From assembly GCA_963719495.1 (NCBI GenBank), contig CAVRCI010000013.1, forward strand, positions 608,001 to 672,000: a stretch of 64,000 nt of DNA, written 5' to 3'. The position numbers and the translations under genes are program-made. This stretch comes from an uncultured Verrucomicrobiae bacterium (GTDB lineage: Bacteria > Verrucomicrobiota > Verrucomicrobiia > Chthoniobacterales > JAATET01). Positions 50,360-59,703 of this stretch are shown here, one piece after another; the stretch's first letter is position 1; every line of letters begins with the position of its first letter. Below the pieces are notes generated by a model, which was not told the origin of the DNA, searched no databases, and saw only the letters and a program-made list of their open reading frames with translations.

Positions 50360-50752
50360 ATGAAAACCGCGATCGACCGATCATCTCGGATCCGGGAGAG
50401 AGTCCTCCGCGACCCGCGTTATCCGGTGAGTCGCATTGCGGATCGGTTGCTGCCCTATCTGCAGATTTTGGATGAGCGGTTTTCGCCCGTGCGAGTGGTT
50501 CTTTTTGGCTCCTATGCCTACGGCGAACCCGACGAACACAGCGACATCGATTTGCTCGTTGTTCTGGAAACGATCGTCGGGTCGATCGCTGTGAAAAAAA
50601 GCATTCTCCGCGCTTGGCGCGATTTGAGATGGAGCGGCCCGTCGCTTCCCATCGAACTCATCATCGTATCGAGGGATCGGCACGCGGAACGACTGCGCGA
50701 CAATGGAGCCTTCTATCGTACGATCAACGAGCGGGGACTCGCCATCCTGTGA
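50360..50752 (+). CDS. MNT antitoxin
   Basis: LFGSYAYGEPDEHSDIDLLVV. Confidence 0.88.
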   Translation: MKTAIDRSSRIRERVLRDPRYPVSRIADRLLPYLQILDERFSPVRVVLFGSYAYGEPDEHSDIDLLVVLETIVGSIAVKKSILRAWRDLRWSGPSLPIELIIVSRDRHAERLRDNGAFYRTINERGLAIL

Positions 50753-51138
50753 AAACCGATGAATCCCGTTAGGAAGACTGGTCCTTTCTAGCCAGTGAGC
50801 GCCTGAAGGCCGCAGACGCACTCTGACAGTCCGTCGGGAAAAGCTTGAGCGGCGGCGAATTGCTCCAGGAATCGCTCGAGCGTTTTTTAAAGGGCTATCT
50901 GATCGCGCGGGGTTGGGAACTGCGCAAAATTCACAACCTTTCGACCCTACTCGATCACGCCGTCGAATTTGACCAGAGGTTTAAAGAATTCGCCGAACTT
51001 TGTGAGAGCTTAACGGCCCAGTTTTGGGCGCAGCACTATCCGGGAGATGACTTGGAAGAAGTTGGAGTCGACTACGACGAACTCCGTCAACTCGCCAGCG
51101 GGCTTATTGACCTGATCTCGGTATCGACAAAGTCTTGA
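50749..51138 (+). pseudogene. HEPN domain gene with two internal stops
   Basis: TAG at 50770, TGA at 50824; QESLERFLKGYL, KIHNL, HYPG. Confidence 0.75.
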
Positions 51139-51456
51139 TCAACCGGCAAGCGTCTTTCGGATTCCAATCCACCGAACCACCCGCGACTCGTAAACGGAAA
51201 GTTGAAAGCAGAAAAAAATCGTGACGGCGCAGCCATGGACCAAAGAGATTTCGGCGGTCTGCACCACAGCCCGGCCCCGCCTTCGGTCCGCCGCGGCGCG
51301 CTACGAATCGAGATCGGATGCCTAACCTCATTCCCGGTGATTCGGCTCCACCTTCGACTGTTTCACTCCTTTGGCCCTCGACGCCGCAACGTGCCACGTC
51401 TGATGAACGCAGCCACGACCTCAAAACCAGCGAGCCGTTTCATTGATTGATTCCGT

Positions 51457-51493
51457 CCCAAATGTGGCGATATGAATCACCGACCCCTTTCCC
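51457..51493 (+). repeat. Junction motif AATGTG(T/G)C(A/G)ATATGAA..ACCGACCCCTTT; copies at 54517-54554 and 55054-55085
   Basis: Three near-identical copies in the same orientation. Confidence 0.85.
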
Positions 51494-51616
51494 GATGAAG
51501 GCTACCTAAACCAAGCTTAGTTTGACGCATTGACAATCAGCGCGGATAAGTTGGCAGGAAAGATCGCCGCGCTGTCGAAGTCTCTCGGCCGTTCAGCCCG
51601 AATTCACCAGAAATAA
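51494..51616 (+). pseudogene. 3' fragment of a four helix bundle gene (paralog of 46045)
   Basis: DEGYLNQA*FDALTISADKLAGKIAALSKSLGRSARIHQK*, followed by the same CAGAAATAAGCCCTCG repeat. Confidence 0.8.
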
Positions 51617-51901
51617 GCCCTCGACTCTCGACGCTCGTCACTCGTCATTGCCCTCGCCCCTCGCCCCTCGCCCCTCGACGCTCGACGCTCGTCACTCGAC
51701 TCGCCCGACCTCAGAAATAAGCCCTCGCCGTTGACTCCCGCTCGCCCGAGCGTGTCGCCCTACGGGCGGCGTAGCAGAGCCGACGCCGTCTACCCCGAGC
51801 CGCCCCCATCGGTCCGGTGTTCGTCCCTCGTCCCTCGACGCCCCCAACCTCAGAAATATGCCCTCGACGCTCGTCCCTCGCCCCTCGACTCCCCTATAAG
51901 C

Positions 51902-52289
51902 ATGAAAAAGTCACTTATCGTTCTTTTTTCCTTCGTCATCGCCTGGTTCGTCGTCTCCGAGGCGGCTACCGAGGCTTGGTATCGTTGGCACGAGATGCGG
52001 GCGGCGAAATCGCCCGAGTGGACTGTCACCTGGCCCGATGAACCCGAATCCGACTGGAAGGTGGAGGATTTCACGGAATTCCCGACCTCCGATCAGGTGC
52101 AGGAAGTTCTGCGCTACGACGAAATGCGCGGTGCCCGTTGGGTTGATCCCGCGTCCCGGGGCGCGTGGAGCGTCAACTTCATCGAATGGGAGCCGGATAA
52201 GAATCTCAACGGCATCAATGCCGTTCACAACCCCACGATCTGCCTGCCGGGCGCGGGAATGCAGTTGGTGAAGGCCCTGGGAGAACGGA
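51902..52289 (+). pseudogene. Exosortase-associated EpsI-like gene, 5' duplicate, truncated
   Basis: EAATEAWYRWHE...HNPTICLP; similarity to the 53581 copy ends at LGER. Confidence 0.7.
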
Positions 52290-52434
52290 ATCAAAGCGCG
52301 ACTCAAACGGTGAGGTTCGGAGGCGAGTCCTTTCTCAACTTTCAACATTCCAAATTTCAACCTTTCGCCCCACACAAACCCCATTTCCCCGACACCGAGA
52401 ATTTGTTGCGAGAATTCCGTGTGCGCATTACGGT

Positions 52435-52689
52435 ATGACCATGAGACTTGAGTTGGAACTCCCCGAATCGGCGGTTTCTGCCCTGCGGTGCCCGCCGACC
52501 GAGATGGGGGCGCGTCTCAGGCTTATGGCGGCAGCCAAACTCTACGAAATTGGTCATCTCAGTCAGGAGCGCGCCGCCGAGCTGGCAGGGCAGTCCAGGC
52601 AATCGTTTTTAGCCAATCTCACGCAGCTAAGAGTCAGCCCCTTCCAAGGTATCGAAGACGACCTTGTGCTAGTAAAAGATCTTCTGTGA
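52435..52689 (+). CDS. UPF0175 family antitoxin-like protein
   Basis: AAKLYEIGHLSQERAAELAG. Confidence 0.85.
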   Translation: MTMRLELELPESAVSALRCPPTEMGARLRLMAAAKLYEIGHLSQERAAELAGQSRQSFLANLTQLRVSPFQGIEDDLVLVKDLL

Positions 52690-53174
52690 AGCTGGTTCTC
52701 GACGCCTCGCCCATTATCGTGCTGGCGAAATCGGGATTGATTGATCGATTGTTATCAATGGCAGAGGGGATCCTGATTCCGCGAGCCGTCGCCAACGAAA
52801 TTGCCGCTGCCGCCGATCCTCTCGATGCGGCGAGGCTCTGGATTGCGAGTTACGGAAGTCCCCACGGATCGCCGAAAAATGGCCCGATACCCGCCTTGAT
52901 TGCTGGCTGGGATTTGGGCGCTGGCGAGTCGGCCGTTCTACAGTCTGCCAATTCAAATCCAGGTTCCACGGCCGTGCTCGACGACTTGGCTGCGAGACGA
53001 TGCGCGGCGACCATCGGTCTGCCGGTTATCGGGACGATCGGCCTGATTCTGCTCTCAAAGAAGCGGGGAATCCTGGCCGACATCGAAGGAGCGCTGGCAG
53101 CCGTGGTTGACGCGGGGCTCTATATCGCTCCTCGCCATCTTGTCGATGTCATCGAGGCTGCCAAAGAATTCTAA
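52686..53174 (+). CDS. DUF3368 PIN-domain protein
   Basis: VLDASPII, DLGAGES, LDDLAAR, GTIGLIL. Confidence 0.85.
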   Translation: MKLVLDASPIIVLAKSGLIDRLLSMAEGILIPRAVANEIAAAADPLDAARLWIASYGSPHGSPKNGPIPALIAGWDLGAGESAVLQSANSNPGSTAVLDDLAARRCAATIGLPVIGTIGLILLSKKRGILADIEGALAAVVDAGLYIAPRHLVDVIEAAKEF

Positions 53175-53244
53175 TTTTCTCAAATACTCGCTACTTTTTC
53201 CCGTTTCCAGCCACGCGCGTAGCACTCATACCCGCAGAATAATT

Positions 53245-53397
53245 ATGGCGTTTGCCGAGCAGTTTGAGGATTTGAAGATCTGGCAAGAGGCCCGGGCTCC
53301 TTTGGCGGCGATTTATCGCTGTTTTGCCAGATGTAAGGATTATTCCTTTCGCAATCAGGTTCAACGCGCGGCGTTATCCGTCATGAACAACATCGCG
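53245..53397 (+). pseudogene. 5' fragment of a four helix bundle gene
   Basis: FEDLKIWQEAR...NQVQRAALSVMNNIA, then interrupted. Confidence 0.78.
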
Positions 53398-53580
53398 CTC
53401 CGCCCCGTAGGTGTATGACAAGAAGCAGAAATTTAGCTAGGGAGCTACGCGTCCCAGGCGTCTCGCCTTTTCGGCTACGTCGCAGAGCCGCCGTAGTCTG
53501 GCCTGCGGCATCCCTGCCGCCGGTGCTCTGATCTCCGACCGCTGACATCTGACCTCAGATCTCTTAACTCCCTCCCTCCC

Positions 53581-54126
53581 ATGAAAAAATCCCTCCTCAT
53601 CTTGCTAGCCGCCGTCCTCGGTTGGTTCGTCGTGTCCGAGGCGGCTACCGAGGCTTGGTATCGTTGGCACGAGATGCGGGCCGAGAAGTCGCCCGAATGG
53701 TCGGTCACCTGGCCGGACGAACCCGAGTCCGACTGGATGGTGGAGGATTTCACGGAGTTTCCGACCTCCGATCAGGTGCAGGAAGTTCTGCGCTACGACG
53801 AAATGCGCGGTGCGCGCTGGGTTGATCCCGCGTCCCGGGTCGCGTGGAACGTCAACTTCATTGAATGGGAGCCGGATAAGGATCTCAACGGCATCAATGC
53901 CGTTCACAATCCGACGATTTGTCTGCCGAGTGCTGGAATGCAGTTAGTGAAGACACTGGGAGAACGGACCATCGAGGTCGGCGGCCAGTCGATCTCCTTC
54001 CAATGCTTCATTTTCGAGACCCAGGGCCGCCAACTCTACGTCTTCTCCGCCGCCAATCAGGAGTTGAAATTGAAACCGCGGACATCGCCGACTGAATCGG
54101 GCGGCTCAATCGACTGGATACCGTGA
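53581..54126 (+). CDS. Exosortase-associated EpsI-like protein (C-terminus possibly truncated)
   Basis: N-terminal TM, TEAWYRWHE, LRYD, HNPTICLPSAG. Confidence 0.65.
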   Translation: MKKSLLILLAAVLGWFVVSEAATEAWYRWHEMRAEKSPEWSVTWPDEPESDWMVEDFTEFPTSDQVQEVLRYDEMRGARWVDPASRVAWNVNFIEWEPDKDLNGINAVHNPTICLPSAGMQLVKTLGERTIEVGGQSISFQCFIFETQGRQLYVFSAANQELKLKPRTSPTESGGSIDWIP

Positions 54127-54554
54127 ATTCCGCCAACCGCCAGGGACCGCGTCAGGTGATGCACATTTACCTGATGGGCCGGCGCAGCTTTGACGCCGCG
54201 CTGGCTGAGTTGCAGCGCGGGTTCGAGAAAATAGTGGAAACGCAGCCCGCCGGGAAGAACGCGTAGGGAACTGGCGAGAGCACGTCGGGGGCGGCAGGGA
54301 GCCGAAGATCGCGGGAATCGATCGAGATAGATTGGAGCAAAGTGACTGCCGCGAAGCGGTGACGGGTTGGGCAAGCCCGGAATCAACGGGAGGCGACAGA
54401 CGCAAAGAAAGCAAAGTTCGAATGCTCCAGTAGCGGCGACATCCTGCCGCCGAAGTCACCCCGAAAACATGGTAGGGCGGTCCGCTCCGCACCCGCCGAC
54501 TTTCCCGCGTCTCACTCCCAAATGTGTCAATATGAACGACCGACCCCTTTTCCC

Positions 54555-54990
54555 GGTAAGATCGAGCGCCTTGGACTCGTTTCGACATTGGCTCCTTCAT
54601 TCACGATTCCAGCGGCTGTCTCGTCTGAAATTTTAGCAGGCCCGGATGGTGATCCCGCTAAGGTTTGGCTGGAAAGCGAAGGCACCTCGATCCACGTAAC
54701 GGGACCGGTCCAGTCCCAATGGAAATCCTCGCTTGGGACCTCGCGTGCCGGTGAAAGCACCGTTCTCGCGCTCGGTCTGTCGACGAAACGATTCGACGTG
54801 CGTTCTTGATGATCTTGCCGCCCGCCTCTGTGCCGAGGTTTACCAAGTCTCCACCTTGGCACGCTCAGGATTCTCCTCAAAGCGAAACAGACGGGTCTCA
54901 TCCCTTACGTTCGACCGGAGATTGACCGCTTGCTCACCGTGGATCGCAATCTCGCCCCGGGGGTCGTCCACAAGGCACTCTCACTGTCCG
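54555..54990 (+). pseudogene. 5'-truncated, frameshifted DUF3368 PIN gene
   Basis: GKIERLGLV...IPAAVSSEI, AGESTVLA, VLDDLAARLCA spread over shifting frames. Confidence 0.65.
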
Positions 54991-55085
54991 GCGAGTCATC
55001 CTGACCCCAGACGACCGAGAATCGCGTTCCCCTCGTCACCCGCCACCAACCGCAATGTGTCAATATGAATGACCGACCCCTTTCC

Positions 55086-55370
55086 GAAAAGATCGACCAA
55101 AGTCTCGATGGAGAAGACATCGATCTGGCTCTTCTTCCCGTCAACGAACGGAACGTCTTCCGAGATCGACAGTGCATTGTTGGGAACATGACTTTGCGCG
55201 AGGCATTTCAAATGGCGACGGATCTTGGAGTGAAGACGCTGGTGCCGACTCACTGGGACTTGTTTGCACCCAACGGCGTGGACCGACGTGAGATAGAGTT
55301 CCACTACGCGCTGAGTCCGCGAGCTTTTCATCTCGAGATCGTCGAGTGCGGCGATAAGTTACCACTCTGA
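55086..55370 (+). pseudogene. C-terminal fragment of an MBL-fold hydrolase (UlaG-like)
   Basis: IDLALLPVN, GNMTLREA, VPTHWDLF; N-terminal HxHxDH absent. Confidence 0.65.
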
Positions 55371-56266
55371 TGCGACCGCGGCTCCAGTGTTCGATCATTA
55401 TCCGAACACTCAACGAGGCCCGCTATCTGGGCGACCTGCTCACCGGGATTTCGGAGCAGACCTATCCGGCGTCGTGCCGGGAAGTGATCATTGTCGATTC
55501 CGGTTCGACGGACGGAACACTGGAGATCGCTAGCAAAGCCGGTTGCCGAATTCTCACGATTCCACGCGAAGAGTTCTCTTTTGGACGCTCCCTGAATCTT
55601 GGCTGCGACGCCGCGGATGGCGAAATCCTCGTCTTCACCAGTGGACACTGCGTCCCCTGCGATCGGGACTGGCTTTGGGAATTGGTCCGCCCCCTGCAGG
55701 AGGATCGGGTCGCCGTCACCTATGGGCGCCAAATCGGCGGTCCCGAAAGCAAGTTTAGTGAGCACCTGCTTTTTGAAAAATATTTCCCCGCTTCCGGCGC
55801 AGGTGAACACCAGGCTCCCTATTTCTGTAACAATGCGAACTCAGCCTTCAAGCGCGCGGCCTGGGCGGAAAAGCGTTTCGACGAGGACCTGACCGGCCTG
55901 GAAGACATGCATCTGGCCAGGCAACTGGTGGAAACTGGCTGGGAAACCGTCTATGTGCCCACGGCGGCAGTGCTCCACTACCACCACGAGTCGTGGTCGC
56001 AGATCCGGCGGCGATACGCGCGCGAGGCCATCGCACTCCAGAAGATCATGCCGGAGGTGCACGTTTACTGGCACGACGCGTTGCGATACTTCCTTGCCGG
56101 GGTGATGGGCGATGCGGCCTCCGCGATTGCGAAGAAGCAGTTCCTCAGACAGTGGGCAGATATCCTCACGTTTCGCGCCAGCCAGTATTTCGGGGTCTGG
56201 CGGGGAAATCACCAACACCGTCAGCTCTCTCGACGGGAAAAAGAGCGGTATTTCTTTCCCAAGTAA
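55370..56266 (+). CDS. GT2 glycosyltransferase
   Basis: IIIRTLNE, VDSGSTDGT, FDEDLTGLED. Confidence 0.9.
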   Translation: MRPRLQCSIIIRTLNEARYLGDLLTGISEQTYPASCREVIIVDSGSTDGTLEIASKAGCRILTIPREEFSFGRSLNLGCDAADGEILVFTSGHCVPCDRDWLWELVRPLQEDRVAVTYGRQIGGPESKFSEHLLFEKYFPASGAGEHQAPYFCNNANSAFKRAAWAEKRFDEDLTGLEDMHLARQLVETGWETVYVPTAAVLHYHHESWSQIRRRYAREAIALQKIMPEVHVYWHDALRYFLAGVMGDAASAIAKKQFLRQWADILTFRASQYFGVWRGNHQHRQLSRREKERYFFPK

Positions 56267-56279
56267 GTCATCCATTTCC

Positions 56280-56993
56280 ATGAGCGAATATCGATCCATT
56301 GCCCTTCTTCCGATGAAGGCCCACAGCGCCCGCGTGTCGGGGAAAAATTTCCGCCCCTTCGCGGGAAAACCCCTCTTCCGTTGGATTCTCGACACGCTGC
56401 TCGACGTCGCGGAGATCGATGCGGTCGTCATCAATACCGATGCCCGGGACATCCTTGCGGACAATGGACTCGTCGAGACGGATCGCATCCGCATCCGCGA
56501 CCGCAAGCCCGAGATCTGTGGAGATTTCGTGAGTATGAATCTTGTCCTGGCTGACGACATCGAGAATGTCGCTGCCGAAACCTACCTGATGACGCACACG
56601 ACGAATCCGCTCCTGAGTGCGGCGACGATTCGCGCTGCGCTGGTGGCTTACGAAGAAGCGAAGACCTCGGGGAGTCACGACAGTCTCTTCCTCGTGAATA
56701 AATATCAGACGCGCTTCTACCGGGCCGACGCCAGGCCGATCAATCACGACCCGGACAATCTCATCCGCACCCAGGATCTCGAGCCGTGGTTCGAGGAAAA
56801 CTCGAATCTCTACATCTTCAATCGCGAGAGTTTCGCTGCGACTGGTGCCCGGATCGGCCGCCGCCCGATGCTTTTTGAAACACCCCGGTCCGAATCCGCC
56901 GATATCGACGATCAGGAGGGCTGGAATATTGCCGAGCGACTTGCGCTGACCAGTGGAACCGGGCTGCCTACAGCCAAGTCGGGCTCCCTTTAA
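56280..56993 (+). CDS. NeuA/KdsB-like cytidylyltransferase
   Basis: PMKAHSARVSGKN, HTTNPL, DIDD. Confidence 0.85.
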   Translation: MSEYRSIALLPMKAHSARVSGKNFRPFAGKPLFRWILDTLLDVAEIDAVVINTDARDILADNGLVETDRIRIRDRKPEICGDFVSMNLVLADDIENVAAETYLMTHTTNPLLSAATIRAALVAYEEAKTSGSHDSLFLVNKYQTRFYRADARPINHDPDNLIRTQDLEPWFEENSNLYIFNRESFAATGARIGRRPMLFETPRSESADIDDQEGWNIAERLALTSGTGLPTAKSGSL

Positions 56994-56996
56994 CTT

Positions 56997-57950
56997 ATGA
57001 AAGTTCTCATTACCTGCCCGCCCATGCTTCGGGCCTTCGATCGATTCCGATCACGCTTTGCTGAGCTCGGTCTGGAGCCGACGACCCCGGAGGTCACACA
57101 GATCGTGCCCGAGAGCGAATTGATCGAGCTCGTCCCCGAGTTCGATGGTTGGATCATTGGAGACGATCCCGCGACGGTAGCCGTCTTCGAGGCGGGAAAG
57201 GCAGGGCGGTTGAAGGCCGCTGTGAAGTGGGGTGTCGGCACGGACAATGTGGATTTTGCGGCTTGCCAACGGCTTAGTCTTCCCGTGAATAACACGCCGG
57301 GCATGTTCGGCCGCGAAGTGGCCGATGTCGCGATGGGCTACGTGATCGCGCTTGCTCGGGAGACCTTTGGGATCCACGCGGGGATCCGAAATGGGGAGTG
57401 GTCGAAACCCGCCGGCATTTCGTTGGCCGGTAAGACCGTCGCGCTGGTGGGTTTCGGCGATATCGGGCGCAATGTCGCCCGGCGGCTCCTCGCTTCGGAA
57501 ATGAACGTGATTGCCTACGATCCCTTCTTCGCACCTGCTCCCGGCCTGGAGACTGTGAATTCCGCAGCGTGGCCAGCCCGATTGGAAGAGGCCGATTTCG
57601 TTGTCCTGACGTGCGCGTTGACTCCGGAGAACCGCCATCTCCTGAATCCCGATGCGTTTGCTCGGACGAAGCCGGGTCTGCGAGTGGTGAACGTGGCGCG
57701 GGGTCCCTTGATCGACGAGGCGGCCCTCATCGAAGCGCTAGGGAGCGGCCAGGTGCACAGTGCGGCGCTCGATGTTTTCGAGAGTGAGCCTCTGCCGGGC
57801 GACTCTCCGCTTCGCGAGTTCGAGCGCTGCATCTTCGGATCGCACAATGGATCGAACACCATTGACGCGGTGGTCCGGACGAGCGAACGAGCGATGACGC
57901 TGATGGACGAGTTCCTTCGCGGCGATCTCACCAATTCGAGAAAATCATGA
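56997..57950 (+). CDS. D-isomer 2-hydroxyacid dehydrogenase
   Basis: GVGTDNVD, GFGDIG, NVARG, LDVFESEP. Confidence 0.88.
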   Translation: MKVLITCPPMLRAFDRFRSRFAELGLEPTTPEVTQIVPESELIELVPEFDGWIIGDDPATVAVFEAGKAGRLKAAVKWGVGTDNVDFAACQRLSLPVNNTPGMFGREVADVAMGYVIALARETFGIHAGIRNGEWSKPAGISLAGKTVALVGFGDIGRNVARRLLASEMNVIAYDPFFAPAPGLETVNSAAWPARLEEADFVVLTCALTPENRHLLNPDAFARTKPGLRVVNVARGPLIDEAALIEALGSGQVHSAALDVFESEPLPGDSPLREFERCIFGSHNGSNTIDAVVRTSERAMTLMDEFLRGDLTNSRKS

Positions 57951-58681
57951 AGATTGCGTTGATCACCGGAGCCCTCGGAGGCATCGGCACCTCCCTCTGC
58001 GAGGAGTTTCGCCGGGCGGGCTATTTCGTCATCGGCACCGACAAGCGCGACAGCGACGGTGCCAGCGACGCCTTTCTGAATCTCGACATCCGCGACCTCT
58101 ACCTGCAGGAAGCCGCGCGCGTGGAGACGGTCGGCACGATCCGCGAGATTCTCGGGGATCATGGACTGACCGTGCTGGTGAACAACGCGGCCGCCCAAAA
58201 GCTCAACCGCACCGACGATATTTCCATCGCAGATTGGGACGAAACGCTCCAAACGAACCTAATTGCGCCGTTCCTGCTCGCGCAGCTCCTGCTCCCCGAT
58301 CTGGAAAAAGCCAAGGGCTCAGTAATCAATATTGCCAGCATCCACGCTCAGGCGACGAAACCTGGCTTTGTGTGCTACGCGACGAGCAAGGCCGCTCTCG
58401 TTGGAATGACGCGAGCGATGGCCGTCGATCTCGGGCCCCGCGTCCGGGTCAATGCCATCAGCCCTGCCGCGACCGCCACGCCGATGCTGCTGGCTGGTTT
58501 CGAGGGCAAGTCGGCGGAGTTCGACGAGCTTGCCAGGAAGCATCCGCTGGAGAGGATCGCGCAACCCTGGGAAGTATCAAAAACAGCTTTGTTCCTTGCG
58601 TCGCCGGACGCCGCGTTTATCACCGGGGCAGCAATCAGCATCGATGGCGGGATCGGTGGACGATTGCATGATCCTGTATAG
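57947..58681 (+). CDS. SDR oxidoreductase
   Basis: TGALGGIG, NNAA, YATSK. Confidence 0.9.
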   Translation: MKIALITGALGGIGTSLCEEFRRAGYFVIGTDKRDSDGASDAFLNLDIRDLYLQEAARVETVGTIREILGDHGLTVLVNNAAAQKLNRTDDISIADWDETLQTNLIAPFLLAQLLLPDLEKAKGSVINIASIHAQATKPGFVCYATSKAALVGMTRAMAVDLGPRVRVNAISPAATATPMLLAGFEGKSAEFDELARKHPLERIAQPWEVSKTALFLASPDAAFITGAAISIDGGIGGRLHDPV

Positions 58682-58745
58682 AAGTCGGGACCAAATTGGC
58701 CGACGGCTTCTGGCAATTCCCCAAGAAATAAAACTATTCCATGAT

Positions 58746-59516
58746 ATGAACGCTGGCATCAAACATACGCTCAAAAATATCGCATATGCGCTGCTGTTTC
58801 CGCTGTTCAGCGCGATTGACCGTAGGTTTGGATTCACGATCTTCGCGCCGACGTCTAAGGGCTGGGTGGCCCGCACCCGCGGCGTTTCTTTTCCTGTTAA
58901 GGAGCCAAGCGTGCCGGCCTTGGAATACTTCCGTCATTTTGCGCCGAAGCGAGGAGATGTAGTATTTGACGTTGGCGGAGAATTAGGGTTAGAGGCTCGT
59001 CAATTTTCTGAAATCGTCGGTCCTGAGGGAAGAGTCTTTACCTTCGAATGTTTTCCTCAACATATTTTAAGACTCAAAGAGATTGCATCTGTTCGCTCGA
59101 ACGTGACCGTGGTAGAACGAGCTTGTTGGAATCAAAAACAGGAATTGGAGTTTTTCACCGGCCATACGGATGGCAGCAATACTGCCGTTCCGACAGCCAA
59201 GGGGCACCGTGGGCAAGAACTCGCGGACACCACGAGGAGCCGAATCGTTGTCCAGACTGAGACACTCGATGCCATGTGGGCGCAGATCTGCGGAGAATCT
59301 CCCGTTGATTTCCTCAAGATGGATATCGAGGGAGCGGAGTATGAGGCCTTGGAAGGCGCGGAGCGAATGTTAATGCACACGAAAAAGGCGGTGATTGCGG
59401 CTTATCATATCCGGGACGGGATACCCACGGCATGGCGAGTCGCCGCGCAATTAGAGAAATGTGGATTCAAAGTTCGGGTGGACGACAACAATCACGTTTA
59501 CGCCCACCGGGGATAG
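58746..59516 (+). CDS. FkbM family methyltransferase
   Basis: FDVGGELG, LKMDIEGAE. Confidence 0.85.
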   Translation: MNAGIKHTLKNIAYALLFPLFSAIDRRFGFTIFAPTSKGWVARTRGVSFPVKEPSVPALEYFRHFAPKRGDVVFDVGGELGLEARQFSEIVGPEGRVFTFECFPQHILRLKEIASVRSNVTVVERACWNQKQELEFFTGHTDGSNTAVPTAKGHRGQELADTTRSRIVVQTETLDAMWAQICGESPVDFLKMDIEGAEYEALEGAERMLMHTKKAVIAAYHIRDGIPTAWRVAAQLEKCGFKVRVDDNNHVYAHRG

Positions 59517-59703
59517 TTTGCGATTGCACCGTCAGTGTGTCGCAAACGTCCTGCGCGCCCGTATATTTTCCGCGGATTGAGTTCGCGCCGATCTGGCGGA
59601 AATTGCTGTGCACCTGTTCGTCGAAGAGCCTGAAAGAGTTCAATTGCCACTGCTGGGGAAGCGGACGTTCTAAGCCCTATTTTGTTTGTTTGATGCAGAA
59701 ATT

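Noticed and set aside
49936..51138. Stop-codon recoding in HEPN genes
   Set aside because: Mixed TAG and TGA stops plus frameshifts in neighbouring toxins fit decay; core genes use the standard code
39541..55085. Classical integron
   Set aside because: No intI or attI, and no canonical attC after stop codons could be identified by eye
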